Shown: positions 10,855 through 19,894 of the stretch, piece after piece
Numbering within the stretch: the first letter of the stretch is position 1
Layout of the letters: the number at the start of each line of letters is the position of its first letter
Assembly (NCBI RefSeq): GCF_001194135.2
Contig: NC_069003.1
Location: 24,682,186 to 24,716,340, forward strand
Source of the DNA: Octopus bimaculoides
Lineage: Eukaryota
Reading direction: 5' to 3'
Length of the DNA stretch: 34,155 bases
Made by a program: the position numbers and the translations under genes
The notes under the pieces: generated by a model
Databases searched by the model: none
Told to the model about the DNA's origin: nothing
Seen by the model: only the letters and a program-made list of their open reading frames with translations

Positions 10855-11016
10855 CTGACATTGGTTAGATGGTTTGACGGGAGATGGCAAGCCAGAGAAT
10901 TGCACCAGGTTCCATAATCAGGTTTGTCATGATGTCTACAGATGGATGCCCTTCCTAATACCAACCACTTTATGTAGTGTATTGGGTGTTTTCTTACATG
11001 GCACCAGTTCCAGTGC
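10855..11016 (-). mobile_element. RTE-LINE 3' end (family D, older), tail-to-tail with the previous copy
   Basis: Plus strand GGATGCCCTTCCTAATACCAACCACT is the reverse complement of the family D core. Confidence 0.7.
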
Positions 11017-11281
11017 TTATATGAGGGGTTGATTGGCAAAATCGTTAGAATGTTGGAAAAAAATGCCTTACGATATTTACTGTTCTTTTGCAGTCAGTGT
11101 TTAAATCCCACTGTAGTTGACTTTGCCTTTTATCTGTCTGGGGGTGAATAAAATATATTACCAGTCAAGTGCTGTGATTGATGATATCAACTAACTACTA
11201 CTACCAAAATTGCTGGCCTTGTGTCTAAATTTGAAACCATTATTATTTGCTTAATTACACGTTTTCTTTTGTTTTTTCCAG

Positions 11282-11398
11282 GATTTAATTATATTCCCTG
11301 ATGACATAGAATTTAAAAAAATCAATCAGTGTACCAGCGGCCGAGTTTATGTACTGAAGTTCAAATCATCAGTCCGTAGATTCTTCTTTTGGATGCAG
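11282..11398 (+). CDS. ADRM1: ADRM1 coding exon 2 (Pru domain)
   Basis: TTCCAG|GAT acceptor; [39 protein letters not shown]; donor CAG|GTAATT; 117 nt, phase 0-0. Confidence 0.97.
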
Positions 11399-11477
11399 GT
11401 AATTTACTGTTTCTTCCATTCACTTCATAATAGCAAATGAAAATCAGTTGATCAAATTTTCTGTATTCCTAGTGCAA

Positions 11478-11720
11478 TTGTACCGACGTCTTTCCGGTGC
11501 GGTTGCACCGACGTCTTTCCGGTGCGGTTGCACCGACGTCTTTCCGGTGCGGTTGCACCGACGTCTTTCCGGTGCGGTTGCACCGNNNNNNNNNNTTCCG
11601 GTGCGGTTGCACCGACGTCTTTCCGGTGCGGTTGCACCGACGTCTTTCCGGTGCGGTTGCACCGACGTCTTTCCGGTGCGGTTGCACCGACGTCTTTCTG
11701 GTGTGCTTGCACCGACGTCT
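11478..11720 (+). repeat. 25-bp GC-rich minisatellite (GCACCGACGTCTTTCCGGTGCGGTT)n, at least 9 units, interrupted by a 10-N gap
   Basis: Period 25 on both sides of N at 11586-11595; each unit has a GCACCG/CGGTGC stem. Confidence 0.95.
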
Positions 11721-11724
11721 AGAC

Positions 11725-11852
11725 TCTGATAGAATAAGTACCAGGCTTTTTTAAAAAAAAAAGTACTCAGGTTGATACATTCAACTAAAAATTCTTCAAG
11801 GTGGTGCCCCAGCATGGCTGCAGTCTAATGACTAAAACAAGTAAGATAAAAT
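11725..11852 (+). mobile_element. SINE 3' tail (type shared by families B and C)
   Basis: GATAGAATAAGTACCAGGC..GGTGGTGCCCCAGCATGGCTGCAGTCTAATGACTAAAACAAGTAAGA matches the tail at about 32980-33090. Confidence 0.7.
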
Positions 11853-12105
11853 TTAGAGGTGTTCTTGTCATGGTCATCTTGTTTGTTTTGTCCAGTGTTT
11901 TTTCTTTCTTTTTTTCAAGACACTTGGCTTTATTTTGAACCAGGCTTATTTTAGCTACTATTTCTAGCAAGTTCAGTTACCATGCAGGGGTTACCTTGTT
12001 GACTTGTTTGGTCAATTTGAATGTTTAAAGGTATTGGGGGAAGTCTCGTGTTTAAACAAATGAAGAATAAAATCTAACTAGTCTTCCAATATATTTATTG
12101 TTTAG

Positions 12106-12217
12106 GAGCCAAAAACTGAGAAAGATGAGGAATATTGCCGTAAGGTGAATGAATATCTCAACAACCCACCCAGTCCAACTGCAAACCGAAACAATGCTCC
12201 TGACCATTCTGGTTTGG
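12106..12217 (+). CDS. ADRM1: ADRM1 coding exon 3 (end of Pru domain, start of linker)
   Basis: TTTAG|GAG; [37 protein letters not shown] (human [22 protein letters not shown]); donor G|GTAAGT; 112 nt, phase 0-1. Confidence 0.96.
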
Positions 12218-12517
12218 GTAAGTTATTATTTCAATACACTATTATTATTATTATTATTATTATTATTGTATTATAGATTGATGTAACTCTTCACAAAAGT
12301 AAATGGACAATAAGAAGAGTGATGCGATTTGTAATAGAGATCATTTATTTAACAGATTGAACAATATTCAACAGATCGTCTGTCTTCTTTGGGTTCCAAA
12401 TATAAAATGAAAAAAATTCATAGAAACACAGAAATTCTATTACAAATTGCATCATCTTCTTCTTCTTCTTATTATTATTATTATTTCACACACTCTTATT
12501 ATGATGATGGTAAAAGT

Positions 12518-12742
12518 GGTGAGCTGGTAGAATCATTAGCATGCTGGGCGAAATGCTTCATGGTAATTCACCCGTCGCTATGTTAGTTCAAATTCCGCCA
12601 AGGTTGACTTTGCCTTTCACCCTTCCAGGTACCAGGCTTAAATAAAAATAAATACATGGATCAATCCATTAAACTAAAATTTCTTCAGAGTGGTGCCCCA
12701 GCATGGTTGTAGTCTAATGACTGAAACAAGTAAAAAATAAAA
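12518..12742 (+). mobile_element. SINE with family B head/core and family C-type tail
   Basis: GGTGAGCTGGTAGAATC head, TTCAAATTCCGCCAAGGTTGACTTTGCCTTTC core, GTGGTGCCCCAGCATGG..GACTGAAACAAGTAAAA tail. Confidence 0.7.
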
Positions 12743-13158
12743 GATGTTATATTCAAAATATTTTGGGAATGGAAATAATTTTTCTATGTGACCTGGTTGT
12801 CTAGTTAAGTTCACATTGCAGCTATGTGGTTTGGATTTAATCACACTGCAAGCACCTTGAGCCGTGCCCTGACGACAGTCAATGTCTCGTGGAATTTTGT
12901 AGACTGAATAGTTTGGAAACCAGTCACATGTATGTGTGTGTGTGTGTGTGCATAGCCTAAAGATGTTAGCATCAGCGTAAAAAAAAAAATGGAGAAACAA
13001 ATATTCTCAAAAATACTTTGTATGGTATTTGTTCTGCCCGAGTTGCACAAACAGTCCCTTGTCACTCTAGCTTTGAGAATGGTAGTTAGCCAGTAATTGG
13101 CTCATTGGAAACAGTTTCCCATGCCAAGGAAAAAAAATCTAATGAAGGTCCTTATTAA

Positions 13159-13365
13159 TCCTTTAGCATTTAAATCAGCCATATGTGGCCAAAATATTCT
13201 ATCTGTTTCATGTTCAAAGTTGCCAGGTCTGGCCTCTTGTACCTATTCTACAATGTCATTCTAAAAATCAACAATCACATCATTGAAATCTCAAAGTTAT
13301 GATTAATTCAAAACAATGTGAATAAACAAGTATTACATTTAGCAGAGTAATGTGAACGTTAAGGG
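13159..13365. mobile_element. piggyBac-like MITE, degenerate copy
   Basis: TTAA-(T)CCTTTAGCATTTAAA start and AAGGG-TTTAA end; internal sequence colinear with 25420-25640. Confidence 0.65.
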
Positions 13366-13411
13366 TTTAAATGATTTTATTAATTGCCTTTTTTGTTTTT
13401 TGTTGTGCTAG

Positions 13412-13477
13412 TTGGAGAAGCCGATCTACATAACATTCTAGGTAACATGAGTCAACAACAGTTAATGCAACTTTTTG
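13412..13477 (+). CDS. ADRM1: ADRM1 coding exon 4 (linker)
   Basis: GCTAG|TT acceptor; (V)GEADLHNILGNMSQQQLMQLF (human [21 protein letters not shown]); donor G|GTAAGT; 66 nt, phase 1-1. Confidence 0.93.
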
Positions 13478-14278
13478 GTAAGTCTACTTCTTTTGAACTT
13501 TGAGAAATGCATGACTTAATGGTGTAATGTGTCATCTGTATTGTTGGTTAATGATGGCCAGCAATGATGGTTACTCCCTATCATTAACCATCTTGATGGT
13601 TAATCCTTTTGTTACTATATTTCTAACTAAAATAGTCTATGTGCTGCTTCTGTTGAATTCTGATATAATCATGAATTTAGACTGGTTTCATAAAATAACT
13701 TATTTTGTTTATTAATTTGTAAATATGGTTTTTTTTTTGGAACACAACAAAAGATTTCTAAATAAGTCTTTCATAATTAATTTTTCTCTCTACTGAATCT
13801 AATTGCAGTTAAATGCAGGTCTTTTCAGCTAAATGTGAAATGATTTAAATTTTGTTTAAGCATTAACATAGAAAATGAGTTATTAACTAGTTTTCAGCTG
13901 GATGCACTGCAAAATTTTTAATATAGAATTGTGCACATTAATGAATTTTTAATTCAGTAATGTGCACAATTGAACTAAAATGCTTAGGTGTTACCATAAA
14001 GGGAAAATAAAACAAAATACTGAAATTATATTCGAAGAAAAAGCATAAACTTGAAACACTAATGATACACGTGTGTAATCAAAAGTTGCCTCTCACCTTA
14101 CAGGTGAGTTGAAATTACAAATAAAATATGGTAAATTAAAAAAAAGTATTTTTTAAAATCTACTTATATATATATATATATATATACAAATTATATTCCT
14201 GTCATGAAAACTTGTTAAACATCTATGAAAATAACATCTACTGAGATGTTCATTTAAAGTATGCAGATAATTTTACAG

Positions 14279-14357
14279 GTGGGATTGGAATGTCAACCCA
14301 GAACAGTTTGAATCTGTCAACTCTCCTAAGTCGACCTGTAAATTCAAGTTCGGACAG
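14279..14357 (+). CDS. ADRM1: ADRM1 coding exon 5 (linker)
   Basis: TTACAG|GT acceptor; (G)GIGMSTQNSLNLSTLLSRPVNSSSD(S); donor AG|GTAAGC; 79 nt, phase 1-2, exactly bridging exon 4 (phase 1) and exon 6 (phase 2). Confidence 0.85.
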
Positions 14358-14390
14358 GTAAGCTGAAAAAACAAAAAAAAAAAGAAGCTA

Positions 14391-15092
14391 TTGGGTCATC
14401 CCATAAATAATGTGGTTTTTTTAAATACTTTTTATTTTTCAAAATTAGGATAAACAAAGTTCTTTTTTAATCTAAAATATACTCTCCTTCATTTTCTACA
14501 ATGCTCTTCCATCTATCTGGTAGACTTGCAAGGCCGCTCTTCCAAAATTCACTTGTCCATGACGAAAAATTCTCCTCCAGTACTGTTGTGACCTTGTCTA
14601 CAGAATTCATATCTTTTTTGTCCAAATGACTTTGAAGACTGCGGAATAAATGGTAATCAGATAGAGCAATGTCTGGTGAATATGGTCGGTGGTGCATCAT
14701 TCCCCATTCAAACTGCTCCAGTCTTTGGAATGTCATCCTCGCTGTATGTAGCTGAGCATTATCATTTTGGAAGAACACCTTTTGTCTTGAAACCAAAGAT
14801 GGTCGTTTTTCTTCTAGTGCTGGTGTCGATGAATGGTTGAATGACCAAATCCACCAGGGTTTGCAGGACATCCTCATTGATATGCCGAATATGCTCTTTT
14901 GTCACTTCCATTATAGCTTTGAAAAAATTACAGTTAAAATCGAACTGCACTCTCCAAAACTTGCACTAAGAATAAGGACAAGGTAAAATTACTACCTGCT
15001 TTTATAGTAAGTTGATGCAGGTAGTTTATCCCATCCCCTTTCGACTTTTAGTTCATGCAATTGAAGAAAACCGCATTTATGGGATGACTCAA
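14391..15092 (-). mobile_element. Internally deleted mariner element (702 bp) with both TIRs and TA TSD
   Basis: TIRs TTGGGTCATCCCATAAAT.. (14391) and ..ATTTATGGGATGACTCAA (15092), TA on both sides; minus strand MEVTKEHIRHI (ATG 14911) joined to C-terminal EEKRPSLVSRQKVFFQNDNAQLH..PYSPDIALSDYHLFRSL..GEYILD* (stop 14467). Confidence 0.9.
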
Positions 15093-15502
15093 TATATATT
15101 TAAATTTTTCTCTTAATGATGTTTTGTAATTCAGTATAAATGTGTATATTTTTTTGTTTTGCATTTGAATCTGGAGGAGCAGCAGTGCATGGCATATGCA
15201 AAGCATTTGAATACTATTGTGTAAATGATACTTCCCTTGTTATTGCTTAACTCTGGGTCTGCTCTGATTGAGCAGGCCTGTGCTCAAAAGCCATCTAGTC
15301 AAGACCATAACTTCTTTTTGTATATCTAGGAGAGAGTTGGTGAATCCGTGATATGTAAGTGTTGCTGGTGTTGTTGGCACTACTGTTGTTCTTATGAACA
15401 TATATTCTTTGTAACTGTAGAGGACTTCTTTTTTCTTTTTTTCTTTCTTTGTTTGCTGTAAACTTCATGTTGCTAACTTTGTTTTCATTTGCTCTTTATT
15501 AG

Positions 15503-15786
15503 CCCGAGATCACAAACTTCTCAAGGGAGCCGAGCTGAATCTACTTCTAGTGACAGTGTTGCTTCAAGTACCCGTCCCGTGACTGCCACTGCTGCACTCC
15601 CTTCGCAGACCACTGAGACAACACCCAGCAGCAGCAGCAGCGGCGGCACCAGTACTACCACTACCACTACCAGCACCACTGCTGCTATTTCCAGCAGTAG
15701 TAGCTCTGCAGCAACTAAAACTACGGACACCCCCAGACAACAGATACAGTTGAGTGATTTACAGAGCATACTGTCCAATATGCATG
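15503..15786 (+). CDS. ADRM1: ADRM1 coding exon 6 (Ser/Thr-rich linker to QIQLSDLQSILSNM)
   Basis: TATTAG|C; (S)PRSQTSQGSRAESTSS..TPRQQIQLSDLQSILSNMH (human IQLSDLQSILATM); donor G|GTAAGT; 284 nt, phase 2-1. Confidence 0.95.
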
Positions 15787-16514
15787 GTAAGTTTTGGTAC
15801 TCTGGATAACACATGACCCTCATATCACTGCAATTTACTGTTCCCATGTTTCCTACTTATTATTATTATGAAACACCTCAACTAAATGACTGGTTTTAGA
15901 ATGACAATAGTGATTTAACACTTTCGTTACCATGTTTCTTTCAAACTACAGACTTTGTTTCAATTAAATTTTTAAATAATGAAGAGAAATGCGGCCTCTG
16001 TAACACTGTCAAAAGTCATTGAAAAGGAAGCAAGCACAAGGTTTTGCACTTCTCACTAACTACCCCCATCACATGTTCACCTGGTAGTCAGGGATTGAAT
16101 CTCACACCAACTGTACTACTTTCTGATTAGCAGTTAGTGGGCTTCACCATCAGTACTTGAGCAGTCATCACAACTTGGACCAATGTAAACCAAAATTCCT
16201 AGTAGGACAATCCCCAAAATACAAGTTCATGAGGGAGTCTTCTGTGTATTTATTCAACTGGTTACAAATAACAGTTGGTTCTCCTTAAAACTATACGCTT
16301 TTAAACATGTATCTTGTATAATGTAAACTTCAATACAGTGTGCTCAAAAACTGGATGGTTCTTGCTTGTATAGTTTTGATCATCTGTCTACTGAAATGGT
16401 CCATCATGTAGAGGAGAAACAAGTGTAGGTGGGTTCAAACTTCAATTTCAGAACTGCTTTTCATCTCTATGATCTTATTCCTATTTTCATGATTTATTAT
16501 CTACATTTTGCCAC

Positions 16515-16643
16515 ATAAAAGGCACCCAGTACACTCTGTAAAGGAAGGGCATCCAGCCATAGAAACCATGCCAAAACAGACTGGAGCCTGGTGCTGCCAG
16601 CTTCTATCAAACTGTCCAATCCATGCCAGCATAGGAAACAGAT
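16515..16643 (+). mobile_element. Degenerate RTE-LINE 3' end (family D)
   Basis: GGAAGGGCATCCAGCCATAGAAAC..CCATGCCAGCAT..GATGATGAT. Confidence 0.65.
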
Positions 16644-17117
16644 ATTAAAAGATGATGATGATTTTCTGTTTCTATGACGAGTTCAAATATTCCTGAGAGA
16701 CATTTGAACTTCTAACAGCTTTTCACTACAGTTTCTTGTGGAGAAAAACAAATTCTTGCTCAGGACTAAAAGGTCCTAGAACACCCCTAGTCAGCTAAGA
16801 GTACCTTCTAATAGAATAAATACCAGTTTTTTTGTTTTTTTTTTAAAGTCTGGAGCTTATTCTATCAACCTCTTTTTTGCCAAACCATTGATAGATAGTT
16901 TCAAACTCTTGAATTCTCTTCAGCACCAGATACTAAGAGAGGTATTTCTAAACTAAGTAGGAAGCAAAACCTTTTTTTTTTTTTTTTTATTGGAAATCAG
17001 TAAATATTTACTAACGGTGCTCTTGGCTGCACATATTTCTTTTGTCTGTTTTGTGAAAAATGTAGGGAAATTTTGTTTTTTAAATATTCTAATAACATTC
17101 CATTTAATTTTTTTCAG

Positions 17118-17141
17118 TTCCAGTTGACAAAGTTCAAGACA
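17118..17141 (+). CDS. ADRM1: ADRM1 coding exon 7, 24-nt microexon (VPVDKVQD)
   Basis: TTTTTTTCAG|TTCCAGTTGACAAAGTTCAAGACA|GTAAGT; phase 1-1; gives MHVPVDKVQDSIELSQVL, aligning with human MNVP..QQVDLASVL. Confidence 0.85.
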
Positions 17142-17199
17142 GTAAGTACTCCGCACTTATTGTGCCAGTTTTCTAATTGATATAGCAGGAAAAATATGA

Positions 17200-17555
17200 A
17201 ATATTTCTGACACACCAGCACTGACCAATTCCCATCCCCACACCTACATACACACATGCATACATTAAGATCATCAGCATTCTCTAACACACACACACCT
17301 TCGTTTTGGGATCACTACTACTTTATCTCCTCTTCTTAACTCTCCTGTGTGACCCTTCTGTCCAGCATTCGCCATGATAGATTACTGACCACTACACAAA
17401 TTTTTTTCTCTCCTTTCTTTTTGTGTTCCTTTCTGTGGAAGAGCGTAGGCTCGAAACGTTAAAGACTTTCTCTATTCCCAAGCGTTATACTGATACATCT
17501 ACACCACCTGTCTTCGTCTGTTGTTTTTTTGTGAATTCTCCCTATATATATATAT
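17200..17555 (+). repeat. Interspersed repeat fragment containing a minimal hammerhead-like motif (possibly Penelope-like)
   Basis: CTTT-CTGTGGA-A-GAGC-gtag-GCTC-GAAA-CGTT-AAAG at 17429-17464; boundaries approximate and family assignment inferred. Confidence 0.4.
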
Positions 17556-17815
17556 GAAATAACAAAGGCAGCTATACACAATATAAAGCCATAAAGGAAA
17601 AATTTATTTGTCACTAATTGTGACTAATGATGCAAGGTAGGACCTATATTGCTAGAAAGAAGAGCTAAAAAAAACCCTTTGCTGCGAGTAAGCATAGTTC
17701 CATACACTGACAGGGGAGATAACCACCCAACAGCAAGCAAGATCACCATACTAGTCTATTTATGCTTAAAATTAAAGTCTATCAGTAGTGACCACCCCAT
17801 TGCTTGTTGTCTCTG

Positions 17816-17852
<37 letters not shown>

Positions 17853-17916
17853 TGACATTGAATCAGTATATTTTTTTGTGTCCTGGTGGTCATCTTTTTC
17901 TGTTCTCTTTTCTAAG

Positions 17917-18077
17917 GTATTGAACTCTCTCAAGTTCTGAAACCAGATGACATCATCCCAATTTTGGCCAATTCCGAGATACAGCAGCATCTTCTGCAAT
18001 ATCTTCCTGAAGGAGAAATGTTGCCTCGCACTGAAGAAGAACTTCGCAATACAGTTCAGTCACCACAATTCCAACAG
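17917..18077 (+). CDS. ADRM1: ADRM1 coding exon 8 (DEUBAD / UCH37-binding domain)
   Basis: TCTAAG|GT; IELSQVLKPDDIIPILANSEIQQHLLQYLPEGEMLPRTEEELRNTVQSPQFQQ (human ..[40 protein letters not shown]); donor CAG|GTAAAT; 161 nt, phase 1-0. Confidence 0.96.
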
Positions 18078-18293
18078 GTAAATTAGAAACTTGACTCATA
18101 TTCTGTCAATCTGCATTGCATGTTTCTCCTTTCCTCTCCCTTGTTCTTCAAATTCCACTGACTGGATGTCACTATTGAACTTTTAGAGATTATCTAAATT
18201 TGTTCATTTGCATGAACTTCAAACCCACACTGACATTAGCGTGGAAAAGGGTAAAGAAACTAGGTTGTTGTAAAATGCAAATATTTTGTTTGA

Positions 18294-18375
18294 TGTTCTC
18301 TTTTCTAAAGTATTGAACTCTCTCAAGCTCTGAAACCAGATGACATCACACCAGTTTTGGCCAATTCTGAGATAC
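18294..18375 (+). pseudogene. Partial duplicate of the ADRM1 exon 8 acceptor and first 66 nt
   Basis: 82-nt colinear copy of 17901-17982 with 6 substitutions, one altering the acceptor (TAAG|G to TAAAG|T). Confidence 0.9.
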
Positions 18376-18383
18376 TTGGCAAT

Positions 18384-18700
18384 GAAGTAGGGGTTTCCCA
18401 AGGATCAGCCCCTTCTTATTCATCATAGTCCTCCAGGCAATAACAGATGAATTCAAGATGGGCTGCCCTTGGGAGCTCCTCTATACTGATGACCTTGCTC
18501 TCATAGCAGAATCACTACCAGAACTAGAAAAGAAATTTCAGGTGTGGAAGCAAGGTTTAGAATCGAAGGGCCTTGAGAGTCAATGTTGCAAAAACCAAAA
18601 TCCTAGTAAGTAGGAAGGCGAACACATCACAAACCCTGCCGATCTGTAGAAAAGGTGTAGGTAGAAACTCCATAAGATGTACCCAGAATCGAACTTAGAA
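18384..18700 (+). mobile_element. RTE-clade LINE reverse transcriptase fragment
   Basis: With frameshifts: VGVSQGS..PxLFIIVLQAIT.EF..G.PWELLYTDDLALIAESLPELEKKFQVWKQGLESKG..VN.AKTKILV..ICRKGVGRNSIRCT. Confidence 0.85.
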
Positions 18701-18947
18701 TCTTGGAGTTAGTAGCCTGTGCCATATGCCCGTGGGCAATTATGGAGTGAATTTTAGGGGGCTTAGGAATGGGAACCCAGGTTCGAAATTTCTCTAAGAC
18801 GCTTGATGGAGGGTATATCCGCCGATACGTTGTGTTAACAACAAACAAGATGAGGACAAATATCCATCAAATGTAAATGATGTACATAATTCCTCATCTC
18901 TCAAATATAGAACTGTGTTACCTGATCCTCTGTTTCTTTTATTTCAG

Positions 18948-19050
18948 GCCCTTCAGTCATTTAGTGCAGCACTGCGGTCACGTGAACTTGGTCCATTAAT
19001 GACACAATTTGGTCTTGGTGATGATGTTGCTAATGCAGCTGCAGAGGGAG
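18948..19050 (+). CDS. ADRM1: ADRM1 coding exon 9 (DEUBAD)
   Basis: TTTCAG|GCC; ALQSFSAALRSRELGPLMTQFGLGDDVANAAAEG (human ALGMFSAALASGQLGPLMCQFGL); donor G|GTAGGT; 103 nt, phase 0-1. Confidence 0.96.
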
Positions 19051-19112
19051 GTAGGTGTATTGTTTCTCTGTTGTGAAGTTAAGGCACTCGCTTTCCTTTC
19101 CTCCCGAACACT

Positions 19113-19462
19113 GTGGTTGTGTGGTAAGAAGTTTGCTTCCCAACCGCATGTTTTCGGGTTCAGTCCCACTGCATGGCATCTTGAGCAAGTATCTTCTATT
19201 TTAACCTCAAGCCAACCAAAGCCTTGCGAGTGGATTTGGTAGACGGAAACTGAAAGAAGCCTGTCGTATGTGTATCTGTTTGTCACCCCACCATCACTTG
19301 ACAACTGATGTTGGTGTGTTTACACCCCCATAATTTAGCAGTTCGGCAAAAGAGACCGATAGAAGCACTGAGCTTACAAAGAATAAGTCCTGGGGTTGAT
19401 TTCTTTGACTAAAACCCAAAGTGGTGCTCCAGCTGCAGGCAAATGATTGAAACAAGTAAGAG
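19113..19462 (+). mobile_element. SINE family C, near full length
   Basis: GTGGTTGTGTGGTAAGAAGTTTGCTT head, GGATTTGGTAGACGGAAACTGAAAGAAGCC core, TGAAACAAGTAAGAG tail; colinear with 32683-33090. Confidence 0.8.
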
Positions 19463-19685
19463 TAATCAAACCAGTGAAAGAGCCATTGTGTGGTTGTCTG
19501 GAAACAACAGCCAGAATCTATGCCTTAAGTAAAGCCATATTGGACAATATAGAGAGGGAGAAGGGAAATTTTTTTTTTTTTTAATCTACTAAAAAAAAAA
19601 AAAAGCATAATCACTGCTGGAATAATTTCGTACTAAACTTGTGAGCTTCTGTGTAGTTACTTGAACTAATTAGAAATAGCTAAAA

Positions 19686-19894
19686 TAAGGCGATGAGCTG
19701 GCAGAGCAAAATGCTAAGCGCTGTTTCGTCTGCCGTTACGTTCTGAGTTCAAAGTCTGCCGAGGTCAACTTTACCTTTCATCCTTTTGGGGTCGATAAAT
19801 TAAGTAACAGTTACGCACTGGGGTCGACTTAATCCCTTTGTCTGTCCTTGTTTGTTCCCTCTATGTTTAGCCCCTTGTGGGCAATAAAGAAATA
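19686..19894 (+). mobile_element. SINE family B, full copy with 14-bp TSD
   Basis: GGCGATGAGCTGGCAGA head, TTCATCCTTTTGGGGTCGATAAATTAAGTA core; AGAAATAGCTAAAA at 19672-19685 and 19895-19908. Confidence 0.8.

Noticed and set aside
11444-11815. 25-bp array as a CRISPR array, and repetitive ORFs over it
   Set aside because: Units are contiguous with no unique spacers, no cas genes, and the context is a spliceosomal intron. The ORFs just reflect a stop-free repeat.
15521-15847. 108-aa minus-strand ORF
   Set aside because: Antisense shadow of the low-complexity ADRM1 exon 6.
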